From the NCBI GenBank assembly GCA_049840735.1, contig JASGJN010000026.1:416001-480000 (forward strand): a stretch of DNA of 64,000 nucleotides, read 5' to 3'. The notes below the pieces were generated by a model that saw only the letters and a program-made list of their open reading frames with translations, had not been told where the DNA came from and did no database searches. The position numbers and the translations under genes were made by a program. Shown in pieces: positions 21,407 through 31,703 of the stretch. Position 1 is the stretch's first letter. Each line of letters begins with the position of its first letter. Origin of the DNA: Anaeromyxobacter sp. GTDB lineage: Bacteria; Myxococcota; Myxococcia; Myxococcales; Anaeromyxobacteraceae.

Positions 21407-22792
21407 CTACCCCTTCCCGCCCGCCGCGGCGCCCTTGCCGCCCAGCGGCTCGTCCTTGACCGGCTTGCCGTCGGCCAGCTCGCGGGAGAGGACCCGGTAC
21501 GGCCCCTCCACCACCTTGTCGCCCTCGGCCAGGCCGGCGGTGATCTCGATCTCCGTCTCGCTGGCCAGGCCGGTCTCGACCGCGCGGATCTTCGCGACGC
21601 CGTCCTGCACCACGAAGACCACCTTCTTGAGCGGGTCGCGCACCGGCTTCTTGCCCGACCCGGCCTGCTCGCCCTCGGGCTGCGGCAGCGGGCGCTCCTG
21701 CGGCCCCGGCCCGCCGCCCTTGACCTCCTTCTCCGGGCGGACCGTCACCGCCTGGATGGGCACCACGATCGCGCCCTCGCGCGTGTCGGTGGCGATCGAG
21801 GCCTGGGCGCTCATGCCCGGCAGCGCGTTGGCGACCGACTCGTCGAGCGAGAGGCGGACGAAGAAGGTGGTGACCTCGCCCTCCGTCCCCTGGTTCTTTA
21901 CGGTGGCGTTGCGCGCCACCTCCACCACGGTGGCCTTGAACTTCTGGTCCGGGAAGGCGTCGATCTCCACCTCGGCGGGATCGCCCTCCTTCACGTAGAC
22001 CACCTCGTGCTCGCCCACCTCGATCTTGGCCTCCATCTTGGAGAGGGTCGAGATGATCAGCACCACGTCCTCGGAGAGGTCGGAGCCGCGGACGCGCTCG
22101 CCCACCTGCTTCTCGCGCTTGGTGATGACGCCGTCGATGGGTGAGCTGAGCGTGGTGAGCGAGAGGTTGTGGCGCGCCTCGGAGAGGAGCGCGTCGGCCT
22201 GGGCCACGCGGTCCACGGCGGCCTGGAGGCGGGCCTGCTCGGCGGCCAGGTTGGCCCTGGCCGTGTCCAGCTCGGCCGCGGAGGCGTTCTCGGTCGCGTG
22301 CAGCCGCTCCACCCGCTTCAGCTCCTGGCCGGCCTGGTCCACCTTGACCCGCTGGACGCTCACGTCGGCGGCGGCGCTGGCGCGGTTGGCCTCCTGCTGC
22401 GCCACCTGGGCGGAGTAGCGCCGGGCGTCGATCCGGCCCAGCACCTGCCCCTTCGTCACGCGCTCACCCTCGTGCGCGTCCAGCTCCAGCAGGTCGCCGG
22501 AGACGTTGGCCGAGAGCTTCACCTCGGTCGCCGCCTGGAGCTTGCCGGCCGCGGTCACGACGCGGGTGATGGGCCCCTTGCGCGCCGCCGCCAGCTGCAC
22601 GCCGGTGGGCGGCTGCGGGCGCGGGCGCAGCGAGGCGGCGGTGATGGCCGCCACCAGCAGCACGAACAGCGTGACGAGCACGCGCCGGGTCCAGCTCATC
22701 TTCACGGCGGGCACCACGGGGGCCAGGGTCGGTCCGGTCTCGCCGGGGCGCGGCTCGGGAGTGGTCATGGGGATCGGGTTCTGCGTGGCCAT
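21407..22792 (-). CDS. MacA-like periplasmic adaptor (membrane fusion protein)
   Basis: N-terminal TM helix, lipoyl-like 'SPIDGVI', alpha-hairpin, '[10 protein letters not shown]', 'GLAEGDKVV'. Confidence 0.9.
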   Translation of the reverse strand: MATQNPIPMTTPEPRPGETGPTLAPVVPAVKMSWTRRVLVTLFVLLVAAITAASLRPRPQPPTGVQLAAARKGPITRVVTAAGKLQAATEVKLSANVSGDLLELDAHEGERVTKGQVLGRIDARRYSAQVAQQEANRASAAADVSVQRVKVDQAGQELKRVERLHATENASAAELDTARANLAAEQARLQAAVDRVAQADALLSEARHNLSLTTLSSPIDGVITKREKQVGERVRGSDLSEDVVLIISTLSKMEAKIEVGEHEVVYVKEGDPAEVEIDAFPDQKFKATVVEVARNATVKNQGTEGEVTTFFVRLSLDESVANALPGMSAQASIATDTREGAIVVPIQAVTVRPEKEVKGGGPGPQERPLPQPEGEQAGSGKKPVRDPLKKVVFVVQDGVAKIRAVETGLASETEIEITAGLAEGDKVVEGPYRVLSRELADGKPVKDEPLGGKGAAAGGKG

Positions 22793-24166
22793 CTAGAGGG
22801 CTCCTCCCACCGCGCGGACCAGGTCGGCCGAGGCGACGGCGAAATCGATGCGGGACTGGACCAGGGCCAGCTCGGCCTGGGCGAGCTTGAGGTTGGCGTC
22901 GCGGATCTCCAGCTGGCTGGCGAGGCCGGCCGCGAACCGCTGCGTGGCGAGGTCGAGCGCGCTGCGCGAGAGCCTGAGCGCCTCCTCGGAGAGCGTCACC
23001 TGCGCGGCCAGCGAGACCACCGAGGCGCGGGCGTCGGCCACCTCCTTGGCGACCGCCTCCACCGAGGCCTGCTGCAGCGCCTGGTTGCGCGCCAGGTTCC
23101 CCTCGGCGCGCGTCACCTGCGAGCGCGTGCGCATGCCCTCGAAGAGGTTCCAGGACAGCGCCACGCCCACCGAGGCGGAGTAGGCCTTGGTCGGATCGCC
23201 CAGCACGCCCTCCACGCCGGAGAGGTCCTGCCCGGAGCGGCCGTAGGTGCCGCGCGCCGTCAGCGCCGGCAGGTAGCCGCCCTTGGCGGAGGAGATCGAG
23301 GAGCGCGAGGCGGCCAGGGCCTCCTCGCCGGCGGCCAGCGTGGGCCGCCGCTCGCGGGCCCGGGCCTGGAGCTGGTCGAGCGGCGGCGGGGCGCTGGCGG
23401 TGAGGGTGGCCGCGTCCAGCCCGGGCGGCGGCGCCGCCGAGAGCTCCTCGGCGCCGGTCCGGCCCAGCGCCTGCGCCAGCGAGGTGCGGGCCTGCGCCAC
23501 GCGCACCCGCTGCGCCTCCACGTTGATGAGGTCGTTCTGGAGGTTGACGCGGGCGGTGAGCGTGTCGCTCTTGGGCGAGCGGCCGGCGGAGAAGAGCGCC
23601 TCGGCGCGATCGACCAGCTCGCGCGAGCGGTCGGCGGTCTGCTGCAGCACCGCCAGGCTCCGCTCGGCGCGGAGCAGCGCGTAGAAGCGCTGGGTCACGT
23701 CGAAGGAGACGGTGAGCGCGGCCTCGTCGTAGAGCCGCTCGCCCTGCCGCTTGCCGTGGTTGGCGGCGTCCAGGTCCTTGAAGGCGGACCAGTCGAACAG
23801 CACCTGCGACGCCGTCAGGTCGGCGCTGTAGGAGCCGACGTTGGTGGCGTCCGAGCCGCCCACCAGCACCGGCTGCCCGGTCACCGGGTCGATCACGCTG
23901 CGGCCGCGGGTGGCGCCGGCGAAGGAGCGGCCGGCGGCGGCGGAGAGGTCGAGGCGGGGCAGCACCGCGGCGCGCGCGGTGGTGCGATCGGCCTCGGCGA
24001 GCGTCACGTCGGCGCGGGCCCGCAGCAGGTCGGCGTTGGCCTTCTCGGCCTCGCCCAGCGCCTGCTCCAGCGTGAGCGTGGCGGGTGCAGCGGGTGCGGC
24101 GGGCTCCTGCGCCAGGGCGGGCGCGGCGGCGGCGACGAGGAGGAGGGCGGCGATGGGTGTGCGCAT
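22793..24166 (-). CDS. TolC-family outer-membrane efflux channel
   Basis: Signal peptide; 'LTLEQAL', 'YLPALTARG', 'LSWNLFEG', 'RFAAGLASQLEIRDA'. Confidence 0.9.
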   Translation of the reverse strand: MRTPIAALLLVAAAAPALAQEPAAPAAPATLTLEQALGEAEKANADLLRARADVTLAEADRTTARAAVLPRLDLSAAAGRSFAGATRGRSVIDPVTGQPVLVGGSDATNVGSYSADLTASQVLFDWSAFKDLDAANHGKRQGERLYDEAALTVSFDVTQRFYALLRAERSLAVLQQTADRSRELVDRAEALFSAGRSPKSDTLTARVNLQNDLINVEAQRVRVAQARTSLAQALGRTGAEELSAAPPPGLDAATLTASAPPPLDQLQARARERRPTLAAGEEALAASRSSISSAKGGYLPALTARGTYGRSGQDLSGVEGVLGDPTKAYSASVGVALSWNLFEGMRTRSQVTRAEGNLARNQALQQASVEAVAKEVADARASVVSLAAQVTLSEEALRLSRSALDLATQRFAAGLASQLEIRDANLKLAQAELALVQSRIDFAVASADLVRAVGGAL

Positions 24167-24184
24167 GGTGTCGGATCGAGGAGG

Positions 24185-24904
24185 CTAGTGGGGGCCAGGG
24201 CCGGGGCCGCCGGACATGAAGGCGGGACCGGCGACCCGGAACAGCGCGACGTAGCAGAGGAAGAGGACGAGCGTGGTGACGACGGCGCGGGTGCGCGAGG
24301 TGCCGGCGGCGCGCGCCATGCCCAGCGCCATGAGCCCCAGCGCCCACAGGTTGAAGACGTCCACCGCCAGCAGCGCGCCCTCGAGCTCGTGCGGCGCGCC
24401 CGGCGCGAGCGCGGCCAGGCTGGCGGGCACGAGCCCGGGGAGCTCCTCGAGCGGCAGCGGGCCGTGGAGCAGGGCCAGCGGGAGGTAGAGCAGGCCGCCC
24501 AGCCAGACCGGCACCAGCGCGTGCGCGGAGACGGCGAAGCTGGCGCGAAGGGTGGGGCTGGCCCCGGCCGCGCGGAAGCCGAGGAACAGGCCCAGCGCGA
24601 CCAGCCCGGCGCGCAGGGTGGGACCCACCAGCGCCCGGGCCCAGCCGAAGATCAGCCCCAGCTTGTGCGCGGTGATCGCGGCCTCCTCGCGCTCGAAGGC
24701 CGTCATGTCCGGCCCGCCGCCCGAGCCCATGCCGAAGTCGACGTGGGGCAGGACGAAGGCGGCGAAGAGCACTGCGGCCACGGTGGAGACGAGCAGCGCC
24801 GCGAAGGCGCGGCGGCGCGCGACCACGGTGGTCAGCGTCCGCTCCGGCGACGTGAGCGTGCGCAGGACGAGGGTGCCGTCGGCGGAGAGGTCGGAGGCGG
24901 TCAT
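24185..24904 (-). CDS. Yip1-family membrane protein
   Basis: N-terminal 'LTSPERTL', about five TM helices, 'VDVFNLWALGLMALG'; heads the efflux operon. Confidence 0.7.
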   Translation of the reverse strand: MTASDLSADGTLVLRTLTSPERTLTTVVARRRAFAALLVSTVAAVLFAAFVLPHVDFGMGSGGGPDMTAFEREEAAITAHKLGLIFGWARALVGPTLRAGLVALGLFLGFRAAGASPTLRASFAVSAHALVPVWLGGLLYLPLALLHGPLPLEELPGLVPASLAALAPGAPHELEGALLAVDVFNLWALGLMALGMARAAGTSRTRAVVTTLVLFLCYVALFRVAGPAFMSGGPGPGPH

Positions 24905-25545
24905 GTCGTTGGCTCTGGGGCCCCTACGTGGGCGGGTGCCGGCTATTTCAGGCCCGGCCGGCTGGCCGTCCCTGCAACACGGAGGGGCCGGGGCGATTCC
25001 TGTGACAATGCCGCAGGGTTGCCAGCGTGCCGCGGCCCTTCGGGGCCGCCGCCAGGCCGCCCCGTGCGCCCCTCCCCGCGAGCGCGCCCGCGGCCGCAGC
25101 GGGCGCTCAAGGATGGCGACACCTTACGCCGTCCGGGCGGAGCCCGAGTTGCCGGTTCGTGAAGGAATGTGAACGTGGACGGACGCGATCAGTGGACAGC
25201 GTCGAGCGTCCGCTCCAGGGCCGAGGGGCCGCCGCTCTGCTCCGGCCCGTCTCCGCGGAGCTTGGCGAGGGCGTGGTACGGCATCGAACCACCGAGGGCG
25301 AGGCGGGCGGGAAGATCCGCAGCCGCCCTCGCCCGCCTCGCCCACCGGTCGACCCCCATCGGCCCCCCCACCCCTCTCGGCCGCAAAGATCGGCACCGGC
25401 CGCGCGTGGGGCAACCGGCGGCGGTGTGCGGGGAGGACCGCGCCCGCGGCCCTCCGCGCGCCCGCCCGCCCAGCGCGCCTGCGGGCGCCCGCCCTCCCGC
25501 CCGCGCTCCGCGCGGCGGCGTACCACGCAGCGCGCCGACCGCCCG

Positions 25546-27060
25546 TCAGCGCCGGGCGCGCGGCGCGGGCGCGGCCGACACCTCCAGCCGCCGCCCGAAG
25601 ATGGCCCGGAAGAGCTTCGCCTCGCGCGCCGCGTCCCAGAGCTCGAGGTCCAGCGGCGTCCGCGTCAGCGCCGCGATGCGCACCGCGCGCCGGTCCACCA
25701 CCGTGCGCAGCGCCGTCACGGCCTGGTGGTGGCTGCGGTCGAGCGCGTCAGCGACCCGCAGGAGCCCCACCAGCCGCCGGACGGTGCGGAACTCGCCGGG
25801 CCGGAGCGGCTCCAGGTCCTCCCGGCCGCGCTCCGGGGCGCTGCGCCGGTGGTAGCGCGCCACCAGCGCCACCAGCTGCCGCTCCTGATCCGAGAAGCCG
25901 GGGATGTCGGCGCTGGCGATGAGGTACTGGCTGTGCCGGTGGTGGCGGCTGGGCGAGACGGCGTGGCCCACGTCGTGGAGCAGGGCCGCCGCCTCCAGCA
26001 GGCCGCGCGCGCTGGCCGGCAGGCCGTGCAGCGGGGCCAGCGCGTCGAAGAGCCCCACCGAGAGCCGCGCCACCTGGCGCGCGTGGGCCTCGTCGAAGCG
26101 GAAGCGCCGCCCCAGCGCCAGGGCGGCCAGCACCCGGCCCTCCGCCGCCGCCTCGGCCGCGGCGGGGGAGCGGCGCGCCAGATCGCGCAGCACCCCGTCC
26201 CGCAGCCCGCCCTCGACCGCCACGACCTCCTTGAGCCGCAGCTGGCGCATGGCCGCCTCGAGGATGACCGCCCCGGCCACCACGATCTCCGCGCGCTTGG
26301 CCTCGAAGCGGCGGCGGCGCTCGGCCAGGCTCAGCTCGGCCAGGGCCTCCACGGCCCGCTCCAGCCGGCGCAGCGTGATGCGGCCGCCGTCGCCCTCCGC
26401 CGCCACGACGGCGCTGGCGGTCCCGGAGGAGGCGAGGGCGGTCCTGAAGCGGGGCAGGTCCCGGGGCAGCGAGTCCCGGAAGGCCTCCTCCGCGTAGCTG
26501 CGCAGCACCTTGAGCTGCCCGGGGGAGACGCGGCCGGAGGAGCCGAACAGCTCGGTGAGCCGCACGGCGCCCACCCCGACGCTGTACAGGCCGGTGGGGC
26601 GCTCGCCGCGCGCCGGGGCGACCTCGGTGGAGCCACCGCCGACGTCGATCACCAGCGCGCGCGAGGTGGGCGGCCGGCCAGCCAGCACGCCCATGCAGAT
26701 GAGCCGCGCCTCCTCCCGCCCCGAGACCACCTCCAGCTCCAGCCCCGCCTCGTCCAGCGCGCGGCGGACCACCTGCTCGCGGTTCTTCGCCTCGCGCACC
26801 GCGCTGGTGGCCACCGCTCGCACCCGGGCGCCGTAGCGACGGCAGAGCGCCCCGTAGCGGCGCAGGGTGGCGATCAGCCGGTCGGCGACCGGACGGGGGA
26901 GGCTGCCGGTAGTGAAGACGCCCTCTCCGGGGCGTACGGGATCGCGCTCCTGGTGGAGGGTCTCGAGCGTGCCATCCGGAAGGGGGCGGGCGATCTCCAG
27001 GCGAACGGCGTTGGTGCCGACGTCGATCGCGGCCAGGATCCGGTCTCTTGCGCGCGCCAC
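25546..27060 (-). CDS. ppx: Ppx/GppA exopolyphosphatase with HD domain
   Basis: 'AAIDVGTNAVRL', 'ATSAVREAKN', 'VSGREEARL', 'IDVGGGSTE', 'AALLHDVG'. Confidence 0.93.
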   Translation of the reverse strand: MARARDRILAAIDVGTNAVRLEIARPLPDGTLETLHQERDPVRPGEGVFTTGSLPRPVADRLIATLRRYGALCRRYGARVRAVATSAVREAKNREQVVRRALDEAGLELEVVSGREEARLICMGVLAGRPPTSRALVIDVGGGSTEVAPARGERPTGLYSVGVGAVRLTELFGSSGRVSPGQLKVLRSYAEEAFRDSLPRDLPRFRTALASSGTASAVVAAEGDGGRITLRRLERAVEALAELSLAERRRRFEAKRAEIVVAGAVILEAAMRQLRLKEVVAVEGGLRDGVLRDLARRSPAAAEAAAEGRVLAALALGRRFRFDEAHARQVARLSVGLFDALAPLHGLPASARGLLEAAALLHDVGHAVSPSRHHRHSQYLIASADIPGFSDQERQLVALVARYHRRSAPERGREDLEPLRPGEFRTVRRLVGLLRVADALDRSHHQAVTALRTVVDRRAVRIAALTRTPLDLELWDAAREAKLFRAIFGRRLEVSAAPAPRARR

Positions 27061-27203
27061 GGCGCCCCATTGTAGCGCAGCACGCCAGCGCCCGGTGCCC
27101 AGGCGGGCCACCGTTCACCGTTCCGTCACGGAGCGGAAGGCGACCCGGGGGCCTGGGTCCGTTATCTTCTGGAGCAAGAGGCGACAGCCCGAGCCGCTCA
27201 CCC

Positions 27204-29423
27204 ATGGTCCAGCCCAGCACCGCCCCCGCCGCGCTCCCCCTGGAGCCGGCCCCGCCCCGCCGCCCCCTCGATCTGACCGATCCGGGCCTGTTCATCAACC
27301 GCGAGCTCTCCTGGCTCGGGTTCGACGGCCGCGTGCTGGAGGAGGCGCAGGACCGCACCCTCCCCATCTTCGAGCGGCTCAAGTTCCTGGGCATCGTCTC
27401 GTCGAACCTGGACGAGTTCTTCATGGTGCGGGTGGCGGGCCTGAAGAAGCAGATCCTGGGCAACGTGGCCGAGCCGCGCAACGACGGGCTGACGCCGCGC
27501 GAGGCGCTGGCCGCGGTGGCCGCCCGCACGCACGAGCTGGTGGAGGCCCAGTACCGCTGCTGGCGCGAGGAGCTCCTGCCCGAGCTGGCGCGCAACGGGC
27601 TGGTGCTGGTCCCGTCGCGCGACCTCACGCCGGAGCAGGCGGAGGCGGCGCGGGTCCACTTCAACGAGAAGGTCTTCCCGGCGCTCACGCCGCTGGCGGT
27701 CGATCCCGGCCACCCCTTCCCGCACCTGCGCAACAAGTCGCTCAACATCGCGGTGCTGCTGCGCCGCGAGGGGCGCCGCCGCAAGCGCGAGCCGACGCTG
27801 CCGCTGCTGGCCGTGGTCCAGGTGCCGGCGGTGCTGCGCCGGCTGGTGCGCCTCCCCTGCGCGGCCGGGAGCGCCTTCGCGCTCCTCTCCGACGTGATCG
27901 CCGCCCACGCCGGGCTGCTCTTCCCGGGCTACTCGGTCCGGCAGAGCGCGGTCTTCCGCGTGACGCGCAACTGGGACCTCTCCATCGACGAGGAGGAGTC
28001 GGAGGACCTGCTCTCCACGGTGGAGGAGGAGCTGCGCCGGCGCGACCGCGGCGCCGCGGTGCGGCTGGAGCTGTCCGGCGAGGCGCCGGAGGAGCTCGCC
28101 GAGGCGCTGGTCTCGGCGCTCAACCTGGAGCCGGCCGACGTCTACCGCGTCCCCGGCCCCCTGCAGCTGCAGGACCTGGGCGCGCTGGCCGACGCCGATC
28201 CCCGCCCGGAGCTGCGGGTGGAGCCGGTGGCGCCGGTGGTGCCGCCCATCTTCGACGAGGAGGAGCCCATCGTCGAGACGGTGGCGCGCGGGGACGTCCT
28301 GCTTCACCATCCGTACGAGTCGTTCGACCCGGTGGTGCGCTTCGTGGAGGAGGCGGCCGACGACCCGGCGGTGCTGGCCATCAAGATGACGCTCTACCGC
28401 ACCTCGGGCGACAGCCCGTTCGTGCGCGCCCTCTCCCGCGCGGCCGAGAACGGCAAGCAGGTGACGGTGCTGGTGGAGATCAAGGCCCGCTTCGACGAGG
28501 CCAACAACATCGCCTGGGCGCGGCGGCTGGAGGAGGCCGGCGTCCACGTGGTCTACGGCGTGGTGGGGCTCAAGACCCACTGCAAGGTGGCGCTGGTGGT
28601 GCGGCGCGAGGGGAACGGCATCCGGCGCTTCGTGCACCTCGGCACCGGCAACTACAACCCGCTCACCGCCCGCATCTACACCGACCTCTCGCTCTTCACC
28701 GCCAAGCCGGCGCTGGCCGAGGACGTCTCCAACCTGTTCAACATGCTGACCGGCTACGCCGAGCCGCCGCGCTGGCAGAAGCTGGCGGTGGCGCCGTTCG
28801 GCCTGCAGGAGCGGCTGGTGCGGCTCATCGACCGCGAGGCGGAGCGCGCGCGCCGCGGCGAGCCGGCCCGCGTCGTGGCCAAGATGAACTCCATCGTGGA
28901 CCCGGTGGTGATCCGCGCGCTCTACGCGGCCAGCGCCGCGGGCGTGGAGATTGACCTCCTGGTGCGCGGCATCTGCTGCCTGCGCCCGGGCGTGCCGGGC
29001 GTGTCGGAGCGGATCCGCGTCACCTCCATCGTGGACCGCTTCCTGGAGCACAGCCGCGTCTTCGCCTTCGGCGAGTGGCCCGCCGCCGAGGTCTTCCTCT
29101 GCAGCGCCGACTGGATGCCGCGCAACTTCCACAGCCGCGTGGAGGTGCTCTTCCCGCTGGAGGACCCCGCGCTGAAGGCGCGCGTGCTCGACCAGGTGCT
29201 GGGCCTGGCGCTGGCCGACACCGTCAAGGCGCGGCGGCTGCAGCTCGACGGCTCCTACCGCCGGGCCGAGCCGGGCGCGGGCGGGCTGCGCAGCCAGGAG
29301 CAGCTCCTGGCGCTGGCGCGCCAGGCGGCGGAGGCGCCGGTCCGCCCGGTCATCCGCCAGGTGCCCGCGCCGGAGGGGACGCTCGCCGCGGCCTCCCGCG
29401 CGGAGGCGCCGCCGCGCGCCTGA
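27204..29423 (+). CDS. ppk1: Polyphosphate kinase 1
   Basis: 'FINRELSWL', 'LHHPYESF', 'KMTLYRT', 'KARFDEANN', 'LKTHCK', 'RFLEHSR', 'SADWMPRN'. Confidence 0.97.
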   Translation: MVQPSTAPAALPLEPAPPRRPLDLTDPGLFINRELSWLGFDGRVLEEAQDRTLPIFERLKFLGIVSSNLDEFFMVRVAGLKKQILGNVAEPRNDGLTPREALAAVAARTHELVEAQYRCWREELLPELARNGLVLVPSRDLTPEQAEAARVHFNEKVFPALTPLAVDPGHPFPHLRNKSLNIAVLLRREGRRRKREPTLPLLAVVQVPAVLRRLVRLPCAAGSAFALLSDVIAAHAGLLFPGYSVRQSAVFRVTRNWDLSIDEEESEDLLSTVEEELRRRDRGAAVRLELSGEAPEELAEALVSALNLEPADVYRVPGPLQLQDLGALADADPRPELRVEPVAPVVPPIFDEEEPIVETVARGDVLLHHPYESFDPVVRFVEEAADDPAVLAIKMTLYRTSGDSPFVRALSRAAENGKQVTVLVEIKARFDEANNIAWARRLEEAGVHVVYGVVGLKTHCKVALVVRREGNGIRRFVHLGTGNYNPLTARIYTDLSLFTAKPALAEDVSNLFNMLTGYAEPPRWQKLAVAPFGLQERLVRLIDREAERARRGEPARVVAKMNSIVDPVVIRALYAASAAGVEIDLLVRGICCLRPGVPGVSERIRVTSIVDRFLEHSRVFAFGEWPAAEVFLCSADWMPRNFHSRVEVLFPLEDPALKARVLDQVLGLALADTVKARRLQLDGSYRRAEPGAGGLRSQEQLLALARQAAEAPVRPVIRQVPAPEGTLAAASRAEAPPRA

Positions 29424-29622
29424 GCCCGCACCCGGGACCCGGTCCCGCGACGTCCCGACACCCCTGTCTGCGCCGACCCGGTGGCGCGCTCGTGATGCTT
29501 TCGCCTCGGCGCGCCATGGGGCAGAACCCGCGGCACCTGCCGAGCCGCCGCCCGTCCGGCCTCCCGCGACCTCGCGGGCCGGCCCCGCGGCGCATCGCTC
29601 GCCCGGAACGTTCGAGGTGCAC

Positions 29623-30911
29623 ATGTCCACGGGTCCCCGTCTCTCGCCCCTGCGCAAAGGGGAAAGCTGGCCGTCCTGCTGCCCGGCATGGGCGCGGTGG
29701 CCACCACCGCCATCGCCGGCGTGCTGGCGGTGCGCAAGGGGCTGGCGCAGCCGGTGGGCTGCCTGACGCAGCTGGGCCACCTGATGGACGAGAAGGGCGG
29801 GCACGGCGGCCGGCTCCGCGACGTGCTGCCGCTCGCCGCCTTCGACGACCTGGTCTTCGGCGGCTGGGACCCGGTCCCGGACGACGCCTACCAGGCGGCG
29901 CTGCGCGCCAACGTGCTCGACCGCAAGCACCTCGACCCCCTCCGCGAGGAGCTCGAGGCCATCAAGCCCATGCCGGCGGTGTTCGAGCCGGCCTGGGTGA
30001 GCCGCATCGAGCCGGTCAACGTGAAGAAGGGCTCGCTGCGCGCCCGCGCCGAGGCGCTGCTGGCCGACATGCGCGGCTTCCTGCAGCGGAACGGCTGCGC
30101 CCGCGGCGTGGTGGTCTGGACCGGCTCCACCGAGGCCTACGCCGAGACCGGCCCGGCCCACCTGACCCTGGCCGCCTTCGAGGCCGCGCTGGACGCGGAC
30201 GACAGGACCATCGCGCCCTCGATGGTCTACTGCTGGGCCGCGCTCAACGCCGGGCTGCCCTTCCTGAACGGCGCGCCCAACCTGACCACCGACGTGCCCG
30301 CGCTGCGCGAGCTGGCGGCGAAGAAGGGGCTGCCCACCGGCGGCAAGGACTTCAAGACCGGCCAGACGCTCATGAAGACCACGCTGGCGCCCATGCTCCA
30401 CGCGCGCCTGCTCGGCCTGCAGGGCTGGTTCTCCACCAACATCCTGGGCAACCGCGACGGCGAGGTGCTGGACGACGCCGCCAACTTCAAGACCAAGGAG
30501 GTCTCGAAGCTCTCGGTGCTCGAGGCCATCCTCGACGCGAAGCAGCACCCCGAGCTCTACGGGGACATCGACCACAAGGTCACGATCCACTACTACCCGC
30601 CCCGCGGCGACAACAAGGAGGGCTGGGACGCGATCGACCTGTTCGGGTGGATGGGCTACCCCATGCAGATCAAGATCAACTTCCAGTGCAGGGACTCGAT
30701 CCTGGCCGCGCCGCTGGTGGTGGACCTGGCGCTGCTGGGCGACCTGGCCGCCCGCGCCGGCGAGGCGGGGCCGCAGGAGTGGCTCTCCTTCTTCTTCAAG
30801 AGCCCGGTGACCGCGCCCGGCCACACGCCGGTGCACGACCTCTTCGCGCAGCAGGCCAACCTCCAGGCGAAGCTCCGGGCCTACGCCGCCGCCTACGCGG
30901 CGGCGCGGTAG
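29623..30911 (+). CDS. ino1: myo-Inositol-3-phosphate synthase; probable frameshift near the 5' end (in-frame ATG at 29688)
   Basis: 'GKLAVLLPGMGAVATT', 'VFGGWD', 'GKDFKTGQTLMKT', 'STNILGNRDG', 'GDNKEGWD', 'RDSILAAPLVVDL'. Confidence 0.93.
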
Positions 30912-30920
30912 GAGGGCGCG

Positions 30921-31694
30921 GTGGCGAGCGGCGCCTGGGCGGTGCTGGCGCACCTCGGGCTGGTGGCGCTGACGGCGGTGGTCTACGCCGCCGTACGCCC
31001 GCCCTACCCGGCGCGGCTCGACGGCTACCGCGGCCCGCTCCGCTGGCTGGGCGGCTGGGCCTACTGGGCCACCCGCCCCATCCTGCGCGCCGCCGTCCGC
31101 GGCGGCTGGACGCCGTCGGCGCTCACCTGGATCGGCCTCGCGCTCAACGTGGCCGCCGGCGTGGCCGCGGCCAGGGGCGCCTGGGGCTGGGCCTGGGTGG
31201 CGCTGCTGTGGGGCTCCACCGGCGACCTGCTGGACGGCGCGCTGGCGCGCGAGACCGGCACGGGCAGCAAGGCCGGCGCCTTCCTCGACTCCAACCTCGA
31301 CCGGCTCTCCGAGATCGCGCTGCTGGGCGGCTTCGCGGTGGGGCTGCCGGCGCCGGCCGGCGAGGCCTGGGCGGTGGCGGCGCTGGCCGCCTCGCTGATG
31401 GTCTCCTACACGCGCGCCCGCGGTGAGGGGCTGGGCGTGGACTGCCCCGGCTTCGGGATGGAGCGGCCGCACCGGATGGTGCTCTTCCTCTTCGCGCTGG
31501 TGGTGGCGCCGTTCCTGGCGCCGTCCGCCGCCGACCTGCTCCTGGTGATCACCTGTGGGGTGGTGGCGGTGGGTGCGAGCCTGACGGCGGTGGCGCGGCT
31601 GGTGGTGATCGATCGCCTGCTCCGGGCTCCCCCGCCGGTGGCGGCCGAGGAGGCACACGGTCGCCGCGGGACCCAGCCGGGCGGGATGCCGTAG
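30921..31694 (+). CDS. CDP-alcohol phosphatidyltransferase resembling phosphatidylinositol-phosphate synthase
   Basis: CDP-AP signature 'DLLDGALARETG..SKAGAFLDSNLDR'; 'VSYTRARGEGLG' and 'GMERPHR' as in PIP synthases; directly downstream of ino1. Confidence 0.85.
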   Translation: MASGAWAVLAHLGLVALTAVVYAAVRPPYPARLDGYRGPLRWLGGWAYWATRPILRAAVRGGWTPSALTWIGLALNVAAGVAAARGAWGWAWVALLWGSTGDLLDGALARETGTGSKAGAFLDSNLDRLSEIALLGGFAVGLPAPAGEAWAVAALAASLMVSYTRARGEGLGVDCPGFGMERPHRMVLFLFALVVAPFLAPSAADLLLVITCGVVAVGASLTAVARLVVIDRLLRAPPPVAAEEAHGRRGTQPGGMP

Positions 31695-31703
31695 GCTGCC
31701 GCC

